From NCBI GenBank assembly GCA_034189955.1, contig JAXHTU010000002.1, forward strand, positions 2,087 through 66,086: a stretch of DNA of 64,000 nucleotides, written 5' to 3'. The notes beneath the pieces are model-generated. The model did no database searches, was not told where the DNA came from, and worked only from the letters and a program-made list of their open reading frames with translations. The position numbers were made by a program, and so were the translations under genes. This stretch comes from Pseudomonadota bacterium (GTDB lineage Bacteria; Pseudomonadota; Alphaproteobacteria; Caulobacterales; Caulobacteraceae). Within the stretch, counting starts at the first letter, position 1, and every line of letters starts with the position of its first letter. This document shows, in pieces, positions 30,077 to 40,929 of this stretch.

Positions 30077-31096
30077 TCAGCCGAGATCGGCGCTGGCCGC
30101 GACCTGATCGACGTCACGGTCCCCTTGCGGCGCTTCATCGAGCAGGGCCAGCGCCATGGCGCAGCGGATCCCCTCGCGGGCGTAGGTGATTTCGGCCCGG
30201 CCGCCGGCCTCTCCGGCGAAGGTCTGGTTGATCAGACGGGTGCCGAATCCGGTGCGGGTGGGCGGCTCGACCGGCGGGCCGCCGGTCTCTTCCCAGAGCA
30301 ACGACATGAAGCGTTCGCCCTGGCCGTTGTGGGCGAGGTTCCACGCCACCTTCACCCGCCCGCCCGGCGAACTCAGGGCGCCGTATTTGGCGGCGTTGGT
30401 CGCCAGTTCGTGGCAGGCGAGCGACACGGCCACCGCCTGGGAGGGATGCAGGCGGATGGGCGGGCCCGACAGTTCAAACGGCGACGGTTGGCGCTCATAG
30501 GGCGCCAGAACCTCGCCGATCAGGGCGTTCAGATTGGCGCCGGCCCAGTTCTCCTCGACGAGGACATTGTGGGCCCGCGAAAGCGCGATCAGTCTTTCGG
30601 CCAGGTCGGCGCGAACGGCCTTGCTTACCTCGGCCAGGCGCAGGGTGTGGTCCGCCACGGACTGGACCGTCGCGAGGGTGTTCTTGACCCGGTGGTTCAG
30701 CTCATTGAGCAACAGGACGCGGTGTTCGTCGGCCTGTTTGGCGGCCGTTTCGTCGCGAAAGATCTTCACCAGGGCGTTGTGCTCCCTCAGGTGCACGGTC
30801 GCGCCATTCGCCCAGAACAGAGTGCCGTCGCGCCGGGGATGCCAGCGGCTGTCCTCCGCCTTCCCCTGTTCGATCGCGGTGGCGATCTCGAGCTCCGGCA
30901 TCTGCGCCGCCCGGTCGGCCTCCGTGAAGAGCTCCCGCACATGGCGACCGAGGATCTCGTCGCGCTGAAATCCGGTGATGGCCTCCGCGCCGGCGGACCA
31001 TCCGGTCACGCACCCGTCGTCCCCCAGGCTGATGATCGCGTGGCTTCTCACATTGTCGATGAGGAGTCTTGCAAGGGTCTGGTCGTCGAGCGGCAC
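30077..31096 (-). CDS. Cytoplasmic PAS-domain HWE histidine kinase
   Basis: PAS (GWSAGAEAITGF..RRDGTLFW); ELNHRVKNTL; HELATNAAKYGALS; WEETGGP, GFGTRLI. Confidence 0.9.
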   Translation of the reverse strand: MPLDDQTLARLLIDNVRSHAIISLGDDGCVTGWSAGAEAITGFQRDEILGRHVRELFTEADRAAQMPELEIATAIEQGKAEDSRWHPRRDGTLFWANGATVHLREHNALVKIFRDETAAKQADEHRVLLLNELNHRVKNTLATVQSVADHTLRLAEVSKAVRADLAERLIALSRAHNVLVEENWAGANLNALIGEVLAPYERQPSPFELSGPPIRLHPSQAVAVSLACHELATNAAKYGALSSPGGRVKVAWNLAHNGQGERFMSLLWEETGGPPVEPPTRTGFGTRLINQTFAGEAGGRAEITYAREGIRCAMALALLDEAPQGDRDVDQVAASADLG

Positions 31097-31220
31097 GCGG
31101 TCTCTCTGCCGTGGTGGTATGGCCTCGGCAGTAGAAATCCTCAGGGCGCCGGTGGTTGCCTTGCGCCGCCATCCGGATGGGTCCGGGCCCCGTATGCCGG
31201 GCTCCGGACCCTCCGGCCGC

Positions 31221-31835
31221 CTACAGAACCTGCGCCGCTTCCTCGAACGTGAACCGCGGCGAGCGCGGGAACAGGTTCTCGTCGGTGCCGTAGCCCAGGC
31301 TGACGATGAAGTTCGGCTCCACGGTCGTGCCGGCGAAGAATTCCGCCTTCACGCCCTCGGGGTCGAAGCCCGACATCGGCCCGACGTCCAGCCCCAGGGC
31401 CCGCGCGGCGATCATGAAATAGCCGCCCTGCAGCGAGGCGTTGCGGAAGGCCGACTCGCGCCGCGCCGCCTCGTCGGCGAACCAGTCCTTCGCGCCCGGC
31501 GCATGCGGGAACAGCTTGGGCAGGTGTTCGTGGAAGTCGATGTCCTGGCCGATGATCACCGTGACCGGGGCCTGCGCCGTCTTGGCCCGGTTGCCCTCAC
31601 TCATCAGCGGGACCAGCCGCGCCTTCGCCTCGGGCGAGGTCACGAAGACGAAGCGCGCCGGGGTGTTGTTGACCGCCGTGGGCCCGAATTTGGTCAGGTC
31701 GTACAGCTTGCGCATCAGCTCCTCCGGCACCGGCCGGTCCGACCAGGCGTTGCGCGTGCGCGCCTCGGTGAACAACTGGGCCAGGGCGCTGTCGGACAGC
31801 GGGCGATCGCGGACGATGGTGGAGTCAAAGGCCAT
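31221..31835 (-). CDS. Nitroreductase-family protein, RutE/malonic semialdehyde reductase-like
   Basis: [51 protein letters not shown]. Confidence 0.85.
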   Translation of the reverse strand: MAFDSTIVRDRPLSDSALAQLFTEARTRNAWSDRPVPEELMRKLYDLTKFGPTAVNNTPARFVFVTSPEAKARLVPLMSEGNRAKTAQAPVTVIIGQDIDFHEHLPKLFPHAPGAKDWFADEAARRESAFRNASLQGGYFMIAARALGLDVGPMSGFDPEGVKAEFFAGTTVEPNFIVSLGYGTDENLFPRSPRFTFEEAAQVL

Positions 31836-31857
31836 GGGAAAAACCCTCCTGAACGAC

Positions 31858-31882
31858 ATTAGCAACAGCAGTGATTGCTAAT
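31858..31882. promoter_or_regulatory. Candidate operator upstream of the nitroreductase
   Basis: Perfect inverted repeat ATTAGCAA-N9-TTGCTAAT, AT-rich in a 70% GC context. Confidence 0.55.
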
Positions 31883-31993
31883 TAGGGTTCGGCCCGGCCG
31901 ACGCAAGGGGATCAGGCACAAAAACTGTTACCGATATGGTCACGCTTGCGCCCGCCCTTGCCGCCCCGGGGGGCCGGGGCCTATCTAGGACCC

Positions 31994-32323
31994 ATGAAAG
32001 ACCTCAACGCCCTCATGCAGCAGGCCCAGGCGATGCAGCAGAAGCTGCAGGACGCCCAGGCCAGAATGGCCGAAACCCTCGCCTCCGGCAGCTCCGGCGG
32101 CGGCCTCGTCGCCATCGAGCTGAAAGGCCCCGGCGAAGTCACCCGCGTCACCATCGATGACAGCCTCATGGTCCCGGGCGAGACCGAGATCCTCGCCGAC
32201 CTGATCGTCGCCGCGCACGCCGACGCCAAGCGCAAGCTGGACGAGGCCAACGGCGCCCTGATGCGCGAGGCCGCCGGCCCCATGGCCGGGATGAACATCC
32301 CCGGCATGCCCAAGCTGTTCTGA
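31994..32323 (+). CDS. ybaB: Nucleoid-associated protein YbaB/EbfC
   Basis: MKDLNALMQQAQAMQQK, SGGGLVAIEL, EILADLIVAA; upstream of recR. Confidence 0.93.
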   Translation: MKDLNALMQQAQAMQQKLQDAQARMAETLASGSSGGGLVAIELKGPGEVTRVTIDDSLMVPGETEILADLIVAAHADAKRKLDEANGALMREAAGPMAGMNIPGMPKLF

Positions 32324-32350
32324 GTCCGGCTCTTTCGGCCGCCGCTGGAA

Positions 32351-32524
32351 GGTTCATCACAACGGGCACGACGAGTTCACAACGGACACGACGAGGTCCG
32401 TAGGTCCGCGGCGCCCTTCAGGGCGACGCAATCGAATGATTGCGGGCAAGGGCCCGCGAAGGCGACGGACGGCTCGGTCCCGTCGTGTTCGTCGTGCCTT
32501 GCGTTGTGGTCGTTGTGATGAACC
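32351..32524. repeat. 174-bp MITE-like element with a 14-bp perfect terminal inverted repeat
   Basis: GGTTCATCACAACG (32351-32364) and CGTTGTGATGAACC (32511-32524); arms built from CACAACG/CACGACG modules. Confidence 0.75.
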
Positions 32525-32583
32525 CCCTTGGTCCGGCGGCCGACCGGATAGGCAACCGCTCGACCCCCGTGGTATGCGGCCTC

Positions 32584-33186
32584 ATGGCCGCCTCCGCAGG
32601 ACCCGAAATCGAGCGGCTGATCTCGCTCCTCGCCAAGCTGCCCGGCCTCGGCCCGCGCTCGGCCCGCCGCGCCGCCCTCGCCCTGCTGAAGAAGCGCGAG
32701 CAGCTGCTGGTCCCCCTCGCCGACTCCCTGCGGGAGACCGCCGACAAGGTGGTCTCGTGCAGCGTCTGCGGCGCCCCCGACACCCGCGACCCCTGCTCGA
32801 TCTGCGCCGACCGCGCCCGCGACAACGGCCTGATCTGCGTCGTCGAGGAGGCCGGGGCCCTGTGGGCCATGGAGCGCTCAGGCGCCTTCCGCGGCAAATA
32901 CCATGTGCTCGGCGGCCTGCTCTCGGCCCTCGACGGCGTCGGCCCCGACGCCCTGCGCGTCGCCGAACTGGTCGGCCGGGTGCGCGGCGGCGAGGCCAAG
33001 GAGGTCGTGCTCGCCCTGCCCGCCACCGTCGACGGCCAGACCACCGCCCACTACATCGCCGAACGCCTCGCCGGCACGGGGGTCGAGATCACCTCCCTCG
33101 CCCGCGGCGTGCCCGTCGGCGGCGAGCTCGACTGGCTCGACGACGGGACGATTATCCAGGCCTTGCGACAAAGGCGGCCGGCGTAG
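32584..33186 (+). CDS. recR: Recombination mediator RecR
   Basis: [12 protein letters not shown]4 Zn finger [29 protein letters not shown]. Confidence 0.95.
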   Translation: MAASAGPEIERLISLLAKLPGLGPRSARRAALALLKKREQLLVPLADSLRETADKVVSCSVCGAPDTRDPCSICADRARDNGLICVVEEAGALWAMERSGAFRGKYHVLGGLLSALDGVGPDALRVAELVGRVRGGEAKEVVLALPATVDGQTTAHYIAERLAGTGVEITSLARGVPVGGELDWLDDGTIIQALRQRRPA

Positions 33187-33205
33187 GCCAGGCCTCCCTC
33201 CCCCG

Positions 33206-33342
33206 CCGTCACCCTCGGGCTTGACCCGAGGGCCAGACCGTCCGGTGCGGCGTCGAAGGTCGCATAGGCCCGGTCCCGGGGCCGCCCCTGACGCACAGAC
33301 CGGCCCGACCTCTGATCCTCCGGTCGAGCCGGAGGATGACGG
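33206..33342. repeat. Palindromic intergenic element with ~29-bp self-complementary terminal inverted repeats
   Basis: CCGTCACCCTCGGGCTTGACCCGAGGGCC ... GATCCTCCGGTCGAGCCGGAGGATGACGG; mismatches between ends are largely compensatory within each hairpin. Confidence 0.75.
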
Positions 33343-33445
33343 CGTGAGTGCGGAACACCTACGTCCGATTCTGACGCAGGCCGGGTGTAGACTGCGGGAC
33401 GGAAGGCCGTCGGCCGGTTCGAGGGGTGAATACGATGGGTGCTGT

Positions 33446-33524
33446 GGACGGTCTGGATGGTTCGGACGGTTCGGACGGTCTGTACGGTCTGTACGGTTCG
33501 GACGGTCTGGACGGTCTGGACGGT
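33446..33524. repeat. 9-bp tandem repeat, ~8.8 copies
   Basis: Units GGACGGTCT / GGACGGTTC / GTACGGTCT / GGATGGTTC in tandem. Confidence 0.92.
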
Positions 33525-33604
33525 GTTTTCCGCGTTTTACCCGGATATTATCCCAGCTCCGCCCGCCATGGCGGGCTCCGGCGACTCCCGCTAAGGAACG
33601 GAGC

Positions 33605-34873
33605 ATGAACGCCTCCCTCGTCGCCTTTTTCGCCGCCGCCGTCGTCGCCGTCATCGCCCTCGCCTGGGCCCTGATGGAGCGTCGCCGCGCCGCCGCCGCC
33701 GAGACCCGGAACTGGGAGCTGCGCGAGCGCCACGCCGAGACGGAGGCCCGCATGCGGCTGATCGAGGACCAGGCCGCGACCTCCACCGAACTGCTGCGCG
33801 CCCAGGCCGCCCAGTCGGCCAACACCGTCGCCGAGGAACTGCTCAGGCGCACCGACGAGACCTTCCGCACCCGCGAGCTGATGTCGCAACAGCGGATGGA
33901 GGCCCAGCTCAAGCCCGTCGCCGAGACCCTGAAACAGTTCCAGGAACACGTCGCCGCCCTCGAAAAGGTCCGCGCGGAAGAGACCGGCGGCCTCAAGGAG
34001 CAGCTGGCCCTGCTGATGACCGCCTCGACCGCCACCCGCGACGAGGCCCGCCGCCTGACCGAGGCGCTCAAGGGCAACACCGGCCGGCGCGGCCGCTGGG
34101 GCGAACAGACCTGCCGCAATGTGCTCGAGGCCGCCGGCATGGCCGGCCGCTTCGACTTCGAGGAACAGTCCTCCTCGGCCAATGACGAGGGCCGCCAGTC
34201 CCGCCCCGACTTCGTCGTCCGCCTGCCCGGCGGCGGCATGTTCGTCATCGACGCCAAGGTGTCGCTGGCCTTCGGCGACGCCGCCGACGGCGACGAGGAG
34301 GCCCAGGCCCGCGCCGCCTCCCTGCGCACCGCGACCAGCATGAAGACCCACGTCCGCCAGCTGTCGTCCAAGGCCTATCAGGACCAGTTCAAGCCCAGCC
34401 CCGACTTCGTCGCCATGTTCGTGCCCGGCGACGCCTTCCTCGCCGCCGCGCTGGATCACGAGCCTGACCTGATGACCACGGCCATGGCCTCGCGCGTCGT
34501 CATCGTCACCCCGACCACCCTGTTCGCCCTGTGCAAGGCCGTGGCCTATGGCTGGCGCGCGGAGGAGCAGACCCGCAACGCCGAGGAGGTCGCGAAGCTG
34601 GGCAAGGAGCTCTACAAACGCCTGTCGGTCATGGGCGGCCACGCCGCCGCCGTCGGCCGGGCGCTCGACACGGCCGTGGGCAAGTACAACCAGTTCGTCG
34701 GCTCTCTGGAGAGCCAGGTCATGGTCTCGGCCAGACGGTTCGAGGATCTCCACGTCGACCACGAGGGCAAGGACCTGCCGGGCCTGCCGCCGGTGGAGCA
34801 ATCGCCCCGCGCCCTCAGCCGGCCCGAGCTGGTCGTGACCGACAGTCGCGCCGGGGCCCTTCCCGAGGCGTAG
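33605..34873 (+). CDS. rmuC: DNA recombination protein RmuC
   Basis: N-terminal TM and coiled coil; RGRWGEQ, RPDFVVRLPGG..VIDAK, PDFVAMFVPG, VTPTTL. Confidence 0.9.
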   Translation: MNASLVAFFAAAVVAVIALAWALMERRRAAAAETRNWELRERHAETEARMRLIEDQAATSTELLRAQAAQSANTVAEELLRRTDETFRTRELMSQQRMEAQLKPVAETLKQFQEHVAALEKVRAEETGGLKEQLALLMTASTATRDEARRLTEALKGNTGRRGRWGEQTCRNVLEAAGMAGRFDFEEQSSSANDEGRQSRPDFVVRLPGGGMFVIDAKVSLAFGDAADGDEEAQARAASLRTATSMKTHVRQLSSKAYQDQFKPSPDFVAMFVPGDAFLAAALDHEPDLMTTAMASRVVIVTPTTLFALCKAVAYGWRAEEQTRNAEEVAKLGKELYKRLSVMGGHAAAVGRALDTAVGKYNQFVGSLESQVMVSARRFEDLHVDHEGKDLPGLPPVEQSPRALSRPELVVTDSRAGALPEA

Positions 34874-34878
34874 GCCGG

Positions 34879-34928
34879 AGACAAGCTCGCTTGACATGGC
34901 AAGGGGGCGTTGTAAAACACCCTTGTCA
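34879..34928 (+). promoter_or_regulatory. Sigma70-type promoter overlapped by two palindromic operator-like sites
   Basis: TTGACA (34891) N16 TAAAAC (34913); AGACAAG-N4-CTTGACA (34879-34896) and TGTAAAA-N4-CTTGTCA (34911-34928). Confidence 0.55.
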
Positions 34929-34948
34929 CCACGACAGGGGCGCTTTCC

Positions 34949-35410
34949 ATGAGCAAGAAGTTGACCGGCGTGCTGCTCCGAACCCTGGTCGGGGCGGGGA
35001 TTTTCATGGTCGTGGTTTTCGTCGGCGGCATCGCCGCCGGCTGGCTCGCGGCTCACGGCACAGTGGACGCAGGCCGGGCCGTCGTCTGGCTGTCCGGCGT
35101 GATCGCGGTCGTCTCGATGGTCGGTGCCATGGTCATCAGCGTCGCCTGGATGCGCGCCATCGACGAGGCGGCGCGCGAAGCCCACAAGGCGGCCTGGTTC
35201 TGGGGCGGCTGCGGCGGCATGTCCGTCGGCTGCGCCGTCCTGATCATGACCACCCTTCCCCAGTCGACCGAATGGCGGTTCGCCGCCATCGGCGGCCGCA
35301 CCGACCCCGCCGCCTACGCCGCCACCGGCGCTTTCGCCATGCTGGCGCTGATGGTGATCGGCTACACCGTGGTCTGGGCCTGGTGGTGGCTGACCCGGCT
35401 GCGGGACTGA
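34949..35410 (+). CDS. Four-TM membrane protein of unknown function
   Basis: Hydrophobic helices; DEAAREAHKAAWFWGG; co-transcribed with an XRE regulator. Confidence 0.75.
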   Translation: MSKKLTGVLLRTLVGAGIFMVVVFVGGIAAGWLAAHGTVDAGRAVVWLSGVIAVVSMVGAMVISVAWMRAIDEAAREAHKAAWFWGGCGGMSVGCAVLIMTTLPQSTEWRFAAIGGRTDPAAYAATGAFAMLALMVIGYTVVWAWWWLTRLRD

Positions 35411-35412
35411 GC

Positions 35413-35607
35413 ATGAACAACCACCTCAAGGGCCTGCGCGCCGAGCGCGGCTGGAGCCAGGCCGATCTGGCCGAGCAGCTCGGCGTCTCGCGCCAGACCG
35501 TCAACGCCCTCGAGACCGGCCGCTACGACCCCTCCCTGCCCCTCGCCTTCCGCATCGCCCGCGTCTTCGCCCAGCCGATCGAAGCCATCTTCATCGACGC
35601 CGAATAA
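35413..35607 (+). CDS. Small XRE/Cro-CI helix-turn-helix regulator
   Basis: LRAERGWSQADLAEQLGVSRQTVNALETGRYDPSLPLA. Confidence 0.9.
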   Translation: MNNHLKGLRAERGWSQADLAEQLGVSRQTVNALETGRYDPSLPLAFRIARVFAQPIEAIFIDAE

Positions 35608-35637
35608 TCGCCGTTTATCCGCTCCCGAGGATCTGAC

Positions 35638-36621
35638 ATGACCTTCAAGAAACGCCTCAAATCCACCGCCTCCACGCTCGGTCGCATGACCCTCGGCGTC
35701 GCCCTCGGGCTCGGCCTCGCCGTCGCCGTGATCTCGCCGGTCCACGCCCAGGTCGCGACGCCGCCGGTCGCCGCCGAAAGCCCCGCCGCCCTTCGCGCCG
35801 TCCCGCCCGCCGAAGGCCGCGGCCCTGCCCTCTGGGTCGTCAAGGACGCCGACTCCACCCTCTATCTGTTCGGCACCGTCCACCTGCTACGCCCGACCAC
35901 CGGCTGGGGCACGGAGCGCGTCGACGCCGCCTTCGATAGCGCCGACCAGCTGATCCTCGAAATCGCGGACCCCACCGACCAGGCCGCCATGATCCCGCTG
36001 ATCCAGCAGTACGGCCTGTCGCCCGCCACCCCGCTCACCAGCCTGCTGACGGCCGACGAGGTGGCCGCCCTCGACGCCGCGGCGCAGACGATCGGCCTGA
36101 CCGCCGCCCAGATGGACCCCTTCCGTCCGTGGTTCGCCGCCCTGACCATCGCCATCGCGCCGCTCGCCAAGGCCGGCTACGCGATGGACTCGGGCGTCGA
36201 TCCGATCCTCAAGGCTCGCGCCGAGGCGGCCGGCAAGCCGATCAACGCCTTCGAGACCCCCGACGAGCAGATCCGCATCCTCGCCGGCTTCTCCGAGGCG
36301 GAGCAGCTCGACTTCCTGCGCAGCACGCTCGAGGATTTCGAGGCCGCCACGGTCGAGCTCGACCGGCTGGTCGCGTCCTGGGCCGCCGGCGACGTCGAGG
36401 GCATTGAGACCATCGCTGTCCAGCCGATGCGCGAGAGCAGCGAGGCGCTTTACCAGGCCCTGCTGGTCCGCCGGAACACCAACTGGGCCGACCAGATCCA
36501 GACCCTGCTGGAGGGCTCGGGCACGGCCTTCATCGCCGTCGGCGCCGCCCACCTGGCCGGCGACGACAGCGTGCAGGAAATCCTCGAGGCCCGCGGCGTC
36601 GACGTCGACGTCGCGCCCTGA
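35638..36621 (+). CDS. TraB/GumN family protein
   Basis: Signal peptide; PALWVVKDADSTLYLFGTVH, GVD, FET..EQ, RRNTNW, FIAVGAAHL. Confidence 0.88.
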   Translation: MTFKKRLKSTASTLGRMTLGVALGLGLAVAVISPVHAQVATPPVAAESPAALRAVPPAEGRGPALWVVKDADSTLYLFGTVHLLRPTTGWGTERVDAAFDSADQLILEIADPTDQAAMIPLIQQYGLSPATPLTSLLTADEVAALDAAAQTIGLTAAQMDPFRPWFAALTIAIAPLAKAGYAMDSGVDPILKARAEAAGKPINAFETPDEQIRILAGFSEAEQLDFLRSTLEDFEAATVELDRLVASWAAGDVEGIETIAVQPMRESSEALYQALLVRRNTNWADQIQTLLEGSGTAFIAVGAAHLAGDDSVQEILEARGVDVDVAP

Positions 36622-36640
36622 GCCTGACCCGCGAAGGAGG

Positions 36641-36671
36641 GGCCCGGCCGCCGCGCCGGGCCTTTTCTTTT
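36641..36671 (+). terminator. Intrinsic terminator
   Basis: GGCCCGGC-N6-GCCGGGCC followed by TTTTCTTTT. Confidence 0.75.
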
Positions 36672-36714
36672 GCCGGCGCGCGGCTATGGTCCGCTCCGGT
36701 CCGGCGACCCGGAC

Positions 36715-36789
36715 GCGGCCGTAGTTCAGAGGTAGAACGTCAGCTTCCCAAGCTGAATGTCGCGGGTTCGATTCCCGCCGGCCGCTCCA
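36715..36789 (+). tRNA. tRNA-Gly(CCC)
   Basis: Full cloverleaf: acceptor GCGGCCG/CGGCCGC, anticodon arm TCAGC-TTCCCAA-GCTGA, GGTTCGATTCC, encoded CCA. Confidence 0.96.
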
Positions 36790-36796
36790 GTCCCGC

Positions 36797-38752
<1,956 letters not shown>

Positions 38753-38772
38753 ATCGTATCGGGCCTTCGGGA

Positions 38773-40128
38773 CTAGAAACCGTACTTAGCAAAAATCTGC
38801 AGTCGGGTCATTTCGCCCGAGACGCCGGACTCCAGTTCCCGCTCGCCGACCATCAGCTCGGCGCCGAGATCCAGCGCCGGCAGCGGCGTCCAGATCAGGT
38901 TGCCGCGCAGGCTCTGCGCCGACTTGTTGGTCGCAGCGCCGATCAGCGTCAGGTCGTTGTCGACGTTCTGGGCCGACCAGGTCAGATTCGAGCGCCACTG
39001 CGGCGTCCAGACATGGCGGTAGCTGACCAGGCCGGCGACCACGCCGATCGCCTCCAGCTCGCCCGTGGCGTCCAGCACCGCGTCATTGGCGAAGTTGAGG
39101 CCGATGTAGCGGCCGATGCCCTCGCCGCCCGACAGCATCAGGCGCAGGTCGTCGCGTTCGCCGACCTTGATCTTGGCCGCCGCCGACAGGCCCCAGCCGA
39201 GGGTGGAGGAGTCGATCGCGCCGGCGCCGGTGGTCTCATAGGACAGCTGGCGCATGATGCCGGCCAGCGAGGCCTCGCCCCACGTCCCGGTCACGGTGTA
39301 GCGGGCGGTCAGATCGGGCAGGCTGCTGTCGTCGGCGATGATCCGGGTGGTCCCGAGGTAGGGCGTCACCGTGGTCTCCGGATTCTCGATCGAGATGGAG
39401 AACGGGCCGTTCGTATACCGGACCTGGACCTGGCGGGCGAAGACCGTGCCCTCGCTGGAGCCGATATAGTCGGCCGTATCCGGCAGCACGGACAGGTTCT
39501 GGAAATTGGTCCACTCCTGACCGAACAGCCAGTTGTCCACGGTGACGAAGGCGCGGCGCAGCGACAGGTTCGACGGACTGGTCGTGCGCTGGTCCCCGGC
39601 GCCGGGCAGGACCTGGAAGTCCATCTCCAGCCGGGTCCCGACCTTGCGTCCGCCCAGCAGCCCCTCGGTCGTCAGCCAGAAGCGGGTCTGGCGGGCGTTG
39701 AAGTCGGTCGCCGTGTTCTCGTCCGCCCCACCGACCGGAATCGACCCCGGCAGATAGAAGTCACGCAGCAGATCGCCGTTGGCCGGGTCGCCGCCGTCAT
39801 AGCTGGAAGCCATGAAGTCGGCCTTCACATAGCCGCCGAACTTCACGAGGTTGTTGCCCATGCGAAAGCCGTCGGCCGGGGCGGCGGGCGGCGCCGGCGG
39901 GGCTGCCGCCGCCCGCTGCTCGATACGGATGATATCCTGGGCCACCGCCTGTTGCTGGGCCGTCTGCTGGTCGCGCGAGGCGACGACCTCGCTCTTCAGC
40001 GCCGCCAGCTGGGCCTCCAGCAGGGCGATACGCGCCTCGAGCGCGGCCGTGTCCTGGGCCGCGGCCATGCCGGGCGCGGCCAGCAGGGCGACGGCGGCGG
40101 CGCCGCTCATCAGGGTCATTCTGATCAT
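38773..40128 (-). CDS. dcaP: DcaP-family outer-membrane porin with an N-terminal coiled coil
   Basis: Signal peptide, [16 protein letters not shown] coil, [22 protein letters not shown], terminal KYGF; 20 bp from the acs start. Confidence 0.8.
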   Translation of the reverse strand: MIRMTLMSGAAAVALLAAPGMAAAQDTAALEARIALLEAQLAALKSEVVASRDQQTAQQQAVAQDIIRIEQRAAAAPPAPPAAPADGFRMGNNLVKFGGYVKADFMASSYDGGDPANGDLLRDFYLPGSIPVGGADENTATDFNARQTRFWLTTEGLLGGRKVGTRLEMDFQVLPGAGDQRTTSPSNLSLRRAFVTVDNWLFGQEWTNFQNLSVLPDTADYIGSSEGTVFARQVQVRYTNGPFSISIENPETTVTPYLGTTRIIADDSSLPDLTARYTVTGTWGEASLAGIMRQLSYETTGAGAIDSSTLGWGLSAAAKIKVGERDDLRLMLSGGEGIGRYIGLNFANDAVLDATGELEAIGVVAGLVSYRHVWTPQWRSNLTWSAQNVDNDLTLIGAATNKSAQSLRGNLIWTPLPALDLGAELMVGERELESGVSGEMTRLQIFAKYGF

Positions 40129-40214
40129 GGTGTCCTCCCGGGTCGTCTGATGCGATCCTCCGAAGCCACTCTCCCGGACCTTGGCCCTTTGGGACCATTA
40201 GCCAATGGTCTACT

Positions 40215-40229
40215 TTCGACCAAAGTCGA
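40215..40229. promoter_or_regulatory. Candidate CrbR-type response-regulator site upstream of dcaP-acs
   Basis: TTCGACCAAAGTCGA (TCGAC-N4-GTCGA); its first 14 bp recur exactly, inverted, at 46206-46219. Confidence 0.65.
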
Positions 40230-40296
40230 GGGGTGGCACAATGGCGCGTCGCCCGGCTCGCGCCGGATCGACGGACGTCAGGGAGGGAAGCGCCGA

Positions 40297-40914
40297 ATGG
40301 ATCGCATCATCGTCGCTGATGATCATCCGCTGTTCCGGGCGGCCCTGGGCTCCGCCCTGGCCCGGGCGGCGCCCGGCGCCGTGATCGAGGAGACGCCCAG
40401 CCTCGCCGGTGCGCGCGAGGCCCTCGCCCGCGGACCCGTCGATCTGCTGCTGCTGGACCTGCGACTGTCCGACAGCGAGGGCTTCGCCGGGCTCGCCGGG
40501 GTCCGCAGCGACTATCCGACCGTCCCCGTGGTGGTGGTGTCGGCCAGCGAGGACGCGGCGACCGTCGCCCGCGCCATGGCCTTCGGCGCCGCCGGCTTCA
40601 TCCCCAAATCCGCCACCCTGGCCGAGATGATCGAGGCGCTGGAAGCGATCCAGGCCGGCGACAGCTGGGCCCCGGTCGCCGCCGACGCCGCGCAGGCCGA
40701 ACTGATGGACGCGCGCATCGCCAGCCTGACGCCGTCGCAGCTGCGCATTCTGATCGGCCTGCAGGAGGGGCGGCTGAACAAGCAGATCGCCTTCGACCTC
40801 GGGGTCACCGAGGCGACGATCAAGGCGCACCTGACCGGCGTCTTCCGCAAGCTGGGGGTCCAGAACCGCACCCAGGCGGTGATCGCCGCCCGCGCCCTGT
40901 CGGTCGGGGCCTGA
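40297..40914 (+). CDS. LuxR/NarL-family response regulator, CrbR/ErdR-like
   Basis: IIVADDHPLFR, LLLLDLRL, GFIPKS, LTPSQLRIL..NKQIAFDLGVTEATIKAHL. Confidence 0.9.
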   Translation: MDRIIVADDHPLFRAALGSALARAAPGAVIEETPSLAGAREALARGPVDLLLLDLRLSDSEGFAGLAGVRSDYPTVPVVVVSASEDAATVARAMAFGAAGFIPKSATLAEMIEALEAIQAGDSWAPVAADAAQAELMDARIASLTPSQLRILIGLQEGRLNKQIAFDLGVTEATIKAHLTGVFRKLGVQNRTQAVIAARALSVGA

Positions 40915-40929
40915 CCGGGCGGGCCGGGC

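Noticed and set aside
33446-33524. Tandem repeat considered as a CRISPR array
   Set aside because: 9-bp units with no unique spacers, and no cas genes in the window
33426-33608. 60-aa ORF (DGLDGSDGSDGLYG...) across the 9-bp repeat
   Set aside because: It is only the translation of the repeat; no RBS or other coding evidence
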